Shown here: one piece after another, positions 40,081 to 53,243 of the stretch
Layout of the letters: each line of letters opens with the position of its first letter
Numbering within the stretch: the first letter of the stretch is position 1
Assembly: GCA_951406725.2 (NCBI GenBank)
Contig: OX597823.1
Coordinates: 108,500,001-108,564,000 of the forward strand
Length of the DNA stretch: 64,000 nucleotides
Direction of reading: 5' to 3'
From: Octopus vulgaris
Lineage: Eukaryota
Notes under the pieces: model-generated
Told to the model about the DNA's origin: nothing
The model's input: the letters and a program-made list of their open reading frames with translations, nothing else
The model's database searches: none
Made by a program: the position numbers and the translations under genes

Positions 40081-41664
40081 GGTGATAAAACAGATGATTG
40101 TGATGATGGTCACTGTGATGTTGGCAATGACGAGGATGTAGGTGATGAGGATAATGACGGTGATGAAAATGAATGATAAAGAAAATGATTTTGACGATAT
40201 TAATTGTGATGGTACTAATGGCGATAGCAAGAATAATAACAATATCGGTGCTGATGATGGAGGTGACTGGAATGAGGATCATTATGATGATTATCATAAC
40301 GGTGATGATAATATTGATAATGTTTATAGTGATAAGAGCGATGGTAATACTGACAATGATAATGATGATGATGATGGCAAGATGGTGGGATGGGTTGGTG
40401 TGGCAGATAAAATGACATTCGAAGTATTTGTGCCTTGAACTGTGTCCCACGGGAACTTCTGCCTTGCCAAGGTTTTATCCTTTATCAGTAACCTGCAAGA
40501 TTTCAGACTCAACATTAACTACATTAACATCACTGAATTAATCCCCACCCCCAAGCAGTAGCACCACCACCACCATGATGACAATATAACACGACCACCA
40601 CCACCACCTGCACCAGTTTGCTTTTTCATGCATTCTTAGAATGCATGAAAAAGCTATGGGCATATTCCCTCCTCTTTTGACAAACTAAAAATAAAAAATG
40701 TAAAAAAATGTTTATTAAGTTTCATAACAAAATTAAGAAAGATTAGGAAGGGTTTGAGTTTGACTATACTCGATGTGATGATGATGATGGTGATGCTGAG
40801 GTGGTGGGGTGCAGGTTATGATGATGATACAAGTATAAACATAATTAAAGATCCTTTTCTACTACAATTACTTTGGCTTCTGCTACTCAACATTTGCCAA
40901 TATATTGCCACCTCATCCTAACCACCCCCCTATCATTCAATATATTTGTTTCTCTTCCTCACTCGCCTTCCCTTTCTGTCTTCCCTTTTTCTTTGTCCCT
41001 ATTGTGTCTAACCCCCCTGACCAGGACCTCAATTATACACTTATTTCAATCTTTCTTTCCTCACTCTTCCACAGAACTCTCCCTCACTCCTTCACTGTGT
41101 TTCTTAGAGCTAATAACTAACAACTAATTTAAATTGAATCTAAACAACACTCAATTAATCCAAACTCCACCTGTTTAAAAAGGGGCCACTGTTCTTTCTC
41201 ATTGAGCAAACTAATAAAAATATGTACTCCAATTGATCCTTAGTTAGACTCAAACATCACACTGAACCTTTTCATCTAGTTCTTCCCCCAACAATCAAAA
41301 TTTATTCTCAGACATCAACCTTCCTTTTTTCACACATTTCTAAACTGAAATATCTAAACTTTACACTAAGCAACATACTTAAACTTTTAATTAAAATCAG
41401 TGGCTTAATTAGCAAACTAAATTGACTCACTCAGTATTTTAATTAACTTTAATATTTAGATATCACAACTAATTTTCACTTTCAAATTCACTTTCACTTT
41501 CAAATTCCACAGTAGCCTCATGATCAAATGTCATGATAACAATTTGCATTACTACACCAAAGGTTCATACTGGGAGTTATATTTAAGTTTTATATTTAAA
41601 CCTCATGTTCAAATATCATTTAAATCTCACAAGGATTCGTTAGCTACTCATATGTCAGAAAAAC

Positions 41665-42015
41665 AGATTTAACACTTAAATTTCATAAACACCAATTTGA
41701 CACTCAAATCTTGAAAATATACAAATTCAACACTTAACTCTCCAAAATATAAATATGACATCCAAATCTCAAAAATGCAAACACAAATTTCACAAGCACA
41801 CATTTGACACTTGAATTTCATAAAATCAAGTTTGACACTAAGATTTCTCAGAAGCAAATTTGACATTCAAATGTTAAAAAAATATAAATTTGGCACTCAA
41901 ATTTCATAGATACAAATTTGACACTAAAATCATACAGATACAATTCAACCTTCATTTTCAGAAAAATGAATTCAACACTGAAATCACACAAAATTTAGCA
42001 CTAAATCTCACAAAC
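41665..42015. repeat. Degenerate minisatellite, unit about 28 bp
   Basis: About a dozen variants of aaatttgacactcaaatttcayaaayac. Confidence 0.7.
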
Positions 42016-42608
42016 ACACATACTTAATGTTCCAACTTCATACTATTATTAACCTAACGTTTTAAAAATTTTGCACAAAATTTTTACACAAATACTTCAT
42101 AATTAAAACATCACAATCTGATTTCATACTCAAACTTCACCTTCAAATTCAGTAATCAACCCCAACTTTTCACTAATAGACTAACCTTTCCACTATCGTT
42201 TCAAAATCTCAAAATCAAGTTTTAATATTATCTAAAAATGTTGCTTTCATAATTTAATCACTATTTTTTCACTTCATTTAATTTTTTTCATTATAAATTT
42301 AATTTAATCTATGATTTCTTTTTTCTTTACTTGGGAGTTTTTTTTTAGTATTTTTAATCAAATTTAATATAATTTAATTTAATATCCTTTATTTTGTTCT
42401 TAAATATATTGTTTAATTATATCAATTTTTTTCTTCTTTTCTCTCCTTGATTTTATTTTACGACTCAATCAATTCATTAGGATAGTCTTGCAAATTGTAT
42501 GCTTTGCCGGGTGAAGCTTGAAATTAGTCTTTTTATTACCATTATTATTGTTATCGCTATTATTATTATTATTATTGTTCTTGTTATTACATTTATAATA
42601 GTTGATGC

Positions 42609-42651
<43 letters not shown>

Positions 42652-42698
42652 TTTATTATTATTATTATTACTATTATTATTATCATCATCATTATTGC

Positions 42699-42738
<40 letters not shown>

Positions 42739-43445
42739 TTCTTAGTGCAGACAGTATTTTATTTTGTATGTGTGCTTACGTATATGTACATATACTTGTA
42801 TGTACATGTGTATGTGTATATATGAGTGTATATTTATGACTGCAGTTCTCTTCTCCCTCCATTATTTTCAAAATATTTCTATTTTTTAAAATTTTTATTG
42901 TTTATTTGATTATTGTTAAATACTTTCTGGTGGGAGTTTGGGGGTAATTTATTTTTATTTTTGTATTGTTATTTTATATTCTTTATTTTATTAAAAATTA
43001 TTTTTTCATTGTTATCTATTTTTTTAATCCTTTTTTTTTTTGTTTATTTTGCCTGTTTATCTAGACTTTGGCCATTTTGAGTGCTGATGTTTAAGTAAGT
43101 GATAACAAGCGTCAAAGATTTCTAGATAAAAGAAAAATTCACTTTACTCTTCCAAAAAAATTACATCTCTTTTACCATCGACAAGCTAATTAAATTTATT
43201 TTCACTCTCTCACTCCGCCTATCTCCCTCCCCTCTGTCTTCCTCTTCTCTCTCTCCCATCCTCTCTCTGCCTATCTGACTGTCTCTCTTTCTCTCTCACT
43301 CTCCCACTCTCTCTCTCACTCACTCTCTATACTTATCATTTCATCTTTCTTTTCCTCTTCTCTCTTTTGTTTTGTTGTTATTGCTGTTATTATCATTATT
43401 GTTACAGTGTATATGTCTGTTTATGTTATTATTGCTATTAACACA

Positions 43446-43499
<54 letters not shown>

Positions 43500-44179
43500 G
43501 TTGTTATCATTGTTGTTGTTGTTGCTAAAATAAAATAAAAAAATTAAAAGATTATTATTATTTTTTTATTATAGTTGTTGACTAATAATATTAATGATTA
43601 TTATTATTCTTGTTATTATTATTATTATTTAAAAATATTTTTGTTTGTTTTTGCTTTGTTATTATTTCAATTTGGCTATTTAAATCGTCAGTCTTTTGAT
43701 GTATTTTGGGGGTTTTGGGTTTAATTTAGTTGTTGTTGTTGTTATTGCTGTTGTTGTTGTTGTTGTTGCTGTTGTTGTTGTTGTTTCTTCTGTTATGTCG
43801 GTGATGGTGGTGGGGAGGACACAGTTTCATTGAAAATAGATAGTTAGCTTTGAATGATTTAGGATACAAACAATAGGCAACGAGGACAGAACAAACCACA
43901 ATACCACAACCCTTGCCATCACCACCACCACCACCACCACCACCACCGCCGCCGCCGCCATCACTACAACCACCATCATCACCACTACATCTACAACTTC
44001 AACCACTTGAACCAAAACCAATATTAGTGACTACTACTACTACTACTACTGCCACCATCACAACCACCATTCACTATTGAAACTACTGCAGCACCACCAG
44101 CACAACCACAGGCACAAGTACTGTCATCACTACCATCGCCACCACCACCACAACCATCACCACCACTACCACTACTACT

Positions 44180-44306
<127 letters not shown>

Positions 44307-45106
44307 AAATAGTTCCAACAAGCTAAAGGACACTGACCTCTATGTGTTGCTTGAGTTTCTAGACAAAAGCAGTTGAGTTCCCTCCTGCAGTTACACCATA
44401 GCATTTCAGAATGAAAGAGACACATTGAATAATCTTGACATCGATATACTATGCCTGGATGATAAAATGGAATGGTCATGGCTGGAATATTGTTGATCGA
44501 AGGTCAGCACAATCAAGACCACCTGAAGCTAAAAAAAAAAGACAGCAACATCAATATGTGACATATGAACTATTGGATTACAACAACTAAACAATGTCAA
44601 ACCAATAAGGAAGCTTGCCTATGGTTTCTTGACTTGCTAAAGATAGCAGCCAAATCTCTCTCAATTGATTTCTTGCTGTCTTCAAAAAGGAGAATATGGT
44701 TAAAAAAATTAGACTTATCTTCAGTTCAGTTTTTGAGCTAATTCTCACATATGACTGTGAATGCTGGGTTTTGATTAAAAGAATATGATTGTACATATAA
44801 GTGGCTGAAATGGAGTTCCACTAAGGAATCTCTGGAATAATGTTACTTTATAGGATTTATATGTTGGAGATCAATGAGCCTTTCTAGGTTGAACAGCTGT
44901 TTTACCGTTACTAAGGACATGTGGTAAGAATGCCACAAGAAAGGATCACATGACAAATTCATTAAGCCGAGTCAATTACAAAACTTAGATTCAGACCACA
45001 AGTGTGATGGTTGGATCATATCCATTGTCCAAGTTGCTCATACTTAGGAATCTAACAAGAAAGTATAAAGACAGTTGTTTCAGATAGGACATTATGAAGG
45101 AGATGT

Positions 45107-45242
45107 CTCAGGACTCTAAGCCCATGATCCTTGACTCAGGACTCTAAGCCCATGACCCTTGACTCAGGACCCTAAGCCCATGACCCTTGACTCAGGACTC
45201 TAAGCCCATGACCCTTGACTCAGGACTCTAAGCCCATGACCC
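45107..45242. repeat. 28-bp tandem repeat, about 4.9 copies
   Basis: ctcaggactctaagcccatgacccttga starts at 45107, 45135, 45163, 45191 and 45219. Confidence 0.95.
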
Positions 45243-45249
45243 AATGGGG

Positions 45250-45666
45250 TTACTCTTTTACTCTTTTACTTGTTTCAGTCATTTGACTGTGGCCATGCTG
45301 GAGCACTGCCTTTAGTCGAGCAAATCGATCCCAAGATTTATTCTTTGTAAGCCTAGTACTTATTCTATCGGTCTCTTTTGCCGAACCACTAAGTCACAGG
45401 GATGTAAACACACCAGCATCGGTTGTCAAGCGATGTTGGGGGACAAACACAGACACACAAACACACACACACACATATATATATATATACATACACATAT
45501 ATACGACAGACTTCTTTCAGTTTCCATCTACCAAATCCACTCACAAGGCTTTGGTCGGCCCGAGGCTATAGTAGAAGACACTTGCCCAAGTTACCACACA
45601 GTGGGACTGAACCCGGAACTATTTGGTTGGTAAGCAAGCTACTTACCACACAGCCACTCCTGCGCC
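45250..45666 (-). mobile_element. Full-length SINE family B
   Basis: Complete head-to-tail match in reverse. Confidence 0.9.
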
Positions 45667-45949
45667 TATGGAGTTGGTGAAAATGAATGGATGGATACAG
45701 GATAATGTAGCTCTATCTAAAAGTTTAAAAGATGTGAGAGTCAAAGATGACATGTTATTTGGTCATAAATATGGTTAATTCAGAATGTATTTGGCAACAT
45801 TAAATATGTAACTGAAAAACATATTTTAAATGACAACAACAATAACAATATGAAAACAAGATTAAAAACAACAAAGTTAGTTAGATGGAAACTACATTAA
45901 TATCAAAAATTATTGTTTCTAACATAGTCACAAGGCTTAAGATTATGGA

Positions 45950-46250
45950 GGTGAGATTACATGCCGGTACTATGTGTAAAGCAACCATTCTGGCAACACG
46001 TAAAAAACACCCGTGTTGGTGCCATATAAAAACACCCACGCTGTTTCATGTAAAAAGTACCTGTGCTGCTGCCATATAAGAAGCACCTAGTATGCTTTGT
46101 TAAGGGGTTGGCATTAGGAAGGTCATCCAGCTGTAGAAACTATGCCAAAACAGATTACTGGGGCTTGGTGCAGCTCTCAGACTTGCTAGCTTGTATCAAA
46201 CTTTCCAACCCATGACAGCATGAAAAATGGATGTTAAACGATGAGGATGA
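45950..46250 (+). mobile_element. Degenerate repeat family C
   Basis: Tandem gccaygtaaaaagcacc units plus gttggcattaggaaggtcatccagctgtagaaac...gttaaacgatga. Confidence 0.65.
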
Positions 46251-46726
46251 ATTGGATCCATTCAATGGATTCATGTAATCAACAGGTACTTTATTTCAAA
46301 AATCCTGGAGCAATGAAGATTTTAACAATTCAAGTTTAAATCCTTGGTGGGATTTGAACTCAGAATGTAAAGAGACAATACAAAAGTCCAAGAGCTTTAC
46401 TCTTTTCAGTTTTCCTCTTTATTTTCTATTTAAACTTATGCTCAAACAATTGTTTCAGTCAGCAACAATAATTAAAAAATAGTAAGATAAGCTGCTTAAC
46501 CACAGCAATACCTTCACTTATGATACTGACTTTTCGTTGTAGAGGTCTATGGATCAATCATTAGATAGGACAGGTAAAGAGAAGAAAAGTTGAACTGGTA
46601 GACAATGCCTTAACATCTCTCTGAATTTGGGGAAAAAAGTACACAATAAAATAATCAGAGACTAAATAATTTACTGCCCAGCTGAAACTATTTGCTGAAA
46701 AGTCATTCCAGAGTACACATTCCAGA

Positions 46727-46990
46727 GATGCAGCATGAAGTTTTGTCAGTGAACAGGTCGCAGTCTCAAAGCAAAGAAAGTATTTTGACAAATTAAATTT
46801 AAATGTTGAAGTGAATCTCACGGTTTTTGTGTGTTTCTTAAATGGTTTATAAACACCTTCTATGCTGCAATTGTTTTCGTTCCAGCACACGATCTCAGAT
46901 CAGGTCACTTGCTATGCAAGTACATCTCCGTCATTCCAGAGCAGCTGACTGACAAAACCATTAGCAAATATTGAAAATTTAGTCTCAGAA
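46727..46990 (+). mobile_element. PLE pLTR-like repeat with a variant (G3-C8) hammerhead-like motif
   Basis: tttgtca-GTGAACA-ggtcgc...gcaaa-GAAA-g-ta-t-TT-tgacaaa (46742-46792); second copy at 19580. Confidence 0.55.
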
Positions 46991-47016
46991 TTTGTACACG
47001 CACATACACACACACA

Positions 47017-47627
47017 CGCATGCATGTGCACACACATATGCATGTGCACACACATATGCATGTGCACACACATATGCATGTGCACACACACATGCATGTG
47101 CACACGCACATGCATGTGCACACGCACATGCATGTGCACACACACATGCATGTGCACACGCACATGCATGTGCACACACATATGCATGTGCACACACATA
47201 TGCATGTGCACACACATATGCATGTGCACACACATGCATGTGCACACACATATGCATGTGCACACACATATGCATGTGCACACACACATGCATGTGCACA
47301 CGCACATGCATGTGCACACACACATGCATGTGCACACACATATGCATGTGCACACACATATGCATGTGCACACATACATGCATGTGCACACGCACATGCA
47401 TGTGCACACGCACATGCATGTGCACACGCATATGCATGTGCACACACACATGCATGTGCACACACATATGCATGTGCACACACATATGCATGTGCACACA
47501 CACATGCATGTGCACACACATATGCATGTGCACACACACATGCATGTGCACACATATGCATGTGCACACACATATGCATGTGCACACACATATGCATGTG
47601 CACACACATATGAATGTGCACACACAT
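47017..47627. repeat. 18-bp palindromic, strictly purine-pyrimidine alternating minisatellite (about 34 copies)
   Basis: Unit cacacacatatgcatgtg / cacacgcacatgcatgtg. Confidence 0.95.
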
Positions 47628-48063
47628 CTTAATTATCAGTGTCACAATGTATTTCATTCATTAAGCAAACGATGGCTATTTTCAGGAGTACATGTATCGA
47701 AAAAGCATCTCTACGACAATGGATGACGTATTCAGTAAAACATTTCATAATATTGAATATCAAGTTGACTATCTTGAAAGAATTCATTAAGTTTTAGAAA
47801 TAGCTGCTAATGCTTGGTGCAATCCTTGAAAGTATTCTATGGAAGCCCTGGACACAAATCAAGGGAATTGACATTTTTGCTAAGCAGTAATTATCCAAAG
47901 TTGCGAATGAGTATGTATGTATGTATGTGTGTGTGTATGTATGTATGTATGTATGTACGTATGTGTATGTATGTATGTTTTTATGTGTGTGTGTGCATGC
48001 ATGCATGTATGCGTGTATGTATTACATTTACATATGCGTGTGTGATTGTGCATGTATATATGC

Positions 48064-48331
<268 letters not shown>

Positions 48332-48353
48332 CTGCTATATATGTATATATGTA

Positions 48354-48402
<49 letters not shown>

Positions 48403-48446
48403 GTAAATAAATGGACTTGAATGAAGATGTTATTATAATTCTTTTA

Positions 48447-48529
48447 CTTTCGACATATGTTTTGAAGACAACATTGGTTTTATTCCAAAGGAATAAACGG
48501 TGTAAAATGCAATCTTCTCATCAGGAAAG
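48447..48529 (-). ncRNA. Minimal type-I hammerhead, probably inactivated (GAAA to AAAA)
   Basis: Minus strand: ctttc-CTGATGA-gaagat...gtcttc-AAAAC-atat-GTC-gaaag; palindromic acatatgt; the element ends at (TA)n near 48400. Confidence 0.7.
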
Positions 48530-49240
48530 AAAGAGAGCCTATCTTAGCAACAAGACATTATAACAATTACGATGACTGCCTGAATGATAAACAGAACGTT
48601 ATTAAGTATTTAAAAAAACCGTTAGTAGATTTGTCGTCAAAGGCAGATACCAGGAAGAGAAGGGTTAAAGAAATAATAAGTAGAGAACAAATAAAGAGGG
48701 ATATGTTGGTTGAAAAAATGTTCAAAGGCTTAGAAGAAGATTTCTCTATTGAAGTGCAAGTTAAACTAACTGTTGAAACTATAATGACTGGCAAAATCAC
48801 TTATATGAGCTAAAGGTATGTTTCTGCCAGTGTTTACATTTGTAAACACACACACACACACACACACACATTTATAAATATGGATGTGTACAAATAGTAT
48901 TGCATATGATGATTAAGGGATTAATCTATAGTGAAAGCAATTTCTTGCAAAAATCCAGGGCTAATCTTGTTATCTCCAGGGAGATTACAAGATATTCTTA
49001 TAAGTTACCTCCCATGACTTGTGTATTTATTTTGAAATTCTGTTTCGTCTCGTGTAACCTCATGTATTCTCATCCAGATGGAGAGGAGTACCTACACTTC
49101 TGTGTAGTATGCTTGAACAATTGTGAGGATCTCTTCACAGGAAACCATTGGTTACCTTGTTAACCCACAAATAAAGAATGTTTGTGTATATGTATGTACG
49201 TATGTATGTATGTATGTATGTATGTATGTATGTATGTATG

Positions 49241-49279
<39 letters not shown>

Positions 49280-49282
49280 ATA

Positions 49283-49342
<60 letters not shown>

Positions 49343-49347
<5 letters not shown>

Positions 49348-49757
49348 TAAAGCAGCAGAAAATTCAACAAAACCTGTTATTCTGAGTTTCCCGCTGCCGT
49401 TTATCGGACAGTTTTTGCAGAGTAACAGGTTTTGTTGAATTTTCTGCTGCTTTAAATAAAGCATATTACTCTACCACTGGTATTTGAGTACTCTTTTTCC
49501 ACCTTGCTTCACATTTATGTGTTTACTCCGGTATATATATATATATATACATACATACAAAAGCTGTTACTCAGAGTTTCACATTCCAGTTCGTCGGACA
49601 GTTTTGTTAACAAAATTGTCCAACGAACGGGAATGTGAAACTTTGAGTAACAGCTTTTGTTATATTTCTGCTGCTTTTAAATAAAGCATATTACTCTACC
49701 TCTGGTATTTGAGTACTCTTTTTTCCACCTTATTTCACATTTATGTGCTTACTCCAG
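49343..49757 (+). mobile_element. Two tandem (TA)n-separated fold-back copies of one family with CCGACGA-core hammerheads
   Basis: Copies 49343-49531 and 49557-49757 share the 3' end aaagcatattactctacc...tactccrg. HHR ctgt-CCGACGA-ac..gt-GAAAC-tctga-GTA-acag at 49564-49601 (minus); decayed copies at 49616-49653 (plus) and 49374-49411 (minus). Confidence 0.75.
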
Positions 49758-49783
49758 TATATATACATACATACATACATACA

Positions 49784-49841
<58 letters not shown>

Positions 49842-50209
49842 TGTGGATATTAAACGATGATGATGATATTTAGATAGTCAAACAGACAGATAGCTAGAGA
49901 GGTGTGAAATATTAACAAAATTCTATAATGTAATAAAGACATAGAATACTAATGGAATTGTCAGTCACAATAAAGGAGAGTAGAATGAGTGTGTGGAACA
50001 TGTCATTTATCAGATGAGATTAATAAAACAGCTGAGAAAATATTGTTCAGGGGAACATCCTGTATACTAAACACAGACACAGTAGGGTCTTACACATGTA
50101 ACATATTGGGTTTAAAAATTTCCACTGAAGATTATCCATGCAATGAACAAATGAAAACTTCCTCTAGAGTATTAACTAAGAATAAATGCAAGGAAATCAA
50201 CTCCATTAA

Positions 50210-50429
50210 CCCTTTTGTTACCAATCCGGCTGAAACCAGCTCTGGCTTTGAGTACTGATGTCTTGTTTTCATAAGGTTTGAATAAAAATCTTCCACCAAA
50301 CCTTAGTCACAATTTATGTTCCTAACACTAGCTGAATGATAACCAAGTAATTTTACTAAATTCTTTGTTATATTTAAAGTAATTGAAAGAAACACAGAGT
50401 ATCTCAAAATAAATACAGCAACGAAATGG
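50210..50429. mobile_element. piggyBac-like MITE
   Basis: TTAA|CCCTTTTGTTACC...AGCAACGAAATGG|TTAA. Confidence 0.72.
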
Positions 50430-51528
50430 TTAAAATTAGTTGGTTGAAGTTTTTAGAAAATATTGAAAATGCAGTGTGTGAGTGGATTCGGTCTTTAAAT
50501 TTTGAGTAAACACTTTAATACACTGAATCGCATTTATATGCATTCAAAATTCACTTAACTTTTAGTTGTTAAGCCTCAAAGATATTCAAACCAGGACAAT
50601 CTCACCATTTTTTAAACATGGTGCCTCCCAGATTACTTTAGCAAATGTGGGTTAGTCTTTTTTTTTTTTTATAATGATAGAGTATGATTTGAGGGTGATT
50701 TTGGGCTCCGTTTCTCAATGGTTGAATGATCATGTAAAGGTTCTCTTGTTGGTTCATAACAAATATTAGTAATGAACTGGGGTTGGCATTCAATCGAATC
50801 TACTCCCTTTACTTTAAAAGATTGGCCTCGTGCCTAGTCAAAAGAAATTCCAATTATAATAACCAATAGACCGTTATTAAAATAGCAACACTCAGGTATG
50901 CAAATAACACAAAAAACAAAAACACAAAACATAAAGAAATCTATCCAATTAAACTATTCATATAAATGACAATGGAGCGATCAGAACATTAATATGAATG
51001 ATAGGCAATAAGAGTAGTTATTAAAAACAAATATAAAAAAATCTTTATATCATACAATACTATTAAAAATTACTGAATAAAGATGCGTAAAAAATATATA
51101 TACACAGAAACTAATAACACTTTTGATAATGATTGGAAGAGCAATCGAAAGCTAGAATTGCGTTGTATCAAAATTAGGTACGTGCGTTTTTTCAATTATC
51201 AACGAATATTAAGTAATTAATTAGAAGCTACAAAACATTTATCTAAAATATATGAAAGATTATAACCTTATAAGTATATATTATGTGATCAGATCATTCT
51301 CCGTGATTCTGGCATCGTTCTTTCTTTTGTGTTCACAATTGTTTCAAAAAGGCAGCAACCAATAGACCCTGTAGAGCGGTTCAGCATGTGCAATTTTTTA
51401 TGAGTAGAAAACCATTTCATAGATAATTACTGCTAATAAAAATTGAAGTACTTAGAAATAAATAAGTAAATATATGTACGTATGAGTGAATATATATCTA
51501 TATATATATATATATATATAGATAGATA

Positions 51529-51591
<63 letters not shown>

Positions 51592-51636
51592 GTATAGAGA
51601 GAAAGTGAGAGTGAGACACACACAAACACACACATT

Positions 51637-51667
<31 letters not shown>

Positions 51668-51795
51668 TCACACATATACACACATATATAGCAAAAGGTT
51701 GCAGCTGATAGTATCAGTAATTGAAAGACCAATGGCAAAATAAAAATATAGTTTCCTTGCTTTGATCAGAAGATTGGTTGTAATACATACATATA

Positions 51796-51829
<34 letters not shown>

Positions 51830-51949
51830 CATATGCACTTGCATGCATACATACATACATACATACATGCATACATACATACGTGTGTACATACATGCAT
51901 ACATACATACATGCATACATACATACGTGTGTACATACATAAATATGTA

Positions 51950-52152
51950 AACTCTTTTATTTGTTTCAGTCATTTGACTGTGGCCATGCTGGAGCATTGC
52001 CTTTAGTCGAGCAAATCGACCCCAGGACTTATTCTTTGTAAGCCTAGTACTTATCCTATCGGTCTTTTTCGCCAAACTGCTAAGTTACGGGGACGTAAAC
52101 ACACCAGCATCGGTTGTCAAGCGATGTTGGGGGGACAAACACGGACACACAA

Positions 52153-52192
<40 letters not shown>

Positions 52193-52360
52193 ATATATAC
52201 GACGGGCTTCTTTCAGTATCTGCCTACCCACTCCCAAGGCTTTGGTTGGCCCGAGGCTCTAGTAGAAGACACTTTCCCAAGTTGCCATGCAGTGGGACTG
52301 AGCCGCCCAGAATCATGTGGTTGGTAAGCAAGCTACTTACCACACAGCCACTGCTATGCC
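51950..52360 (-). mobile_element. Full-length SINE family B
   Basis: Complete match in reverse. Confidence 0.9.
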
Positions 52361-52397
52361 TATTTATGTATGAGCATACATACATAAATACATATTA

Positions 52398-52612
52398 CTC
52401 CTTTCTACTAAAGACACAAGGCCTGAAATTTGTGGGGAGGGGACTAGTCGATCACGTCAACCCCAGTGTTTCACTGGTACTTAATCTATTGACTCTGAAA
52501 GGATGAAAGGCAAAGTCAACCTCAGTAAAATTTGAACTCAGAATATAGCAATAGGCAAAATACCGCTAAGCATTTTGTCCAATGTGCTAACAATTCTGCC
52601 AGTTCGTTGCCT
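52398..52612 (-). mobile_element. SINE family A, short-tail subtype
   Basis: Family A match. Confidence 0.8.
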
Positions 52613-52852
52613 TTATATACATACATATAATAATGTAGACCATACAGCTCTTGTACCCAGACTATAAATTCTTATTTGTACCAACATATTTACACAAAAA
52701 CCTAGAAATATTAGAAGAAAGAGCAAAAGAATCTGTCATGGATTCTCCAAATCCATTCTATTAATGGCACAGTGAAGATTTGTAAGACAGTCCAAAGATT
52801 CTCTGAGATTCTTTAGGTGAATGGAGGCACACACTTGGGTGTATGTACTGAC

Positions 52853-52981
52853 AGTTATCGCCAAACTAATATGGCAGTCCATAAATATAGGATGAAAGCT
52901 AGAGGCGATGGCCTTTTGCAGCTAATCAACGGCAGCTTTCATCCTATATTTATGGACTGCCATATTAGTTTGGCGATAACT
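52853..52981. repeat. Perfect 48-bp inverted repeat with 33-nt spacer
   Basis: 52853-52900 is the exact reverse complement of 52934-52981. Confidence 0.92.
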
Positions 52982-53243
52982 CTTAATATTCAGTACTGCT
53001 GCTGTACTCTCCTTTAGAGAGACTTAGAAATAATTATATTTCTATACACACATATATATCATCAATAAATCACAAATCTGAAAGAGAAGCATGCTCTAAG
53101 TTATAGAGTAGTAGAGTATATGGAGAAAGATAGTTATGGCCAGGTCATAATGTTATCCAGAGTTTCATGTCCTTAAAGTGTTATCTTTACATATGTCTCA
53201 TCAGACTTAATGGCTGGTGGTCTATAACTTCTCTTCAAAATGG

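Noticed and set aside
39445-40450. Long poly-Asp/His/Met/Ile ORFs (up to 292 aa)
   Set aside because: Translations of a (GAT)n/(GGT)n compound microsatellite, open in several frames, with no splice or codon evidence
45107-45242. CRISPR-like 28-bp repeats
   Set aside because: Head-to-tail units with no spacers, no cas genes, eukaryotic context
46905-47726. Six overlapping 200-250 aa Cys/His-rich ORFs resembling metallothionein or zinc fingers
   Set aside because: Artefact of a stop-free 18-bp palindromic minisatellite
51340-51390. GAAACAATTGT motif on the minus strand resembling a hammerhead half
   Set aside because: The cleavage triplet would be GUG, and there is no CUGANGA core or stem I
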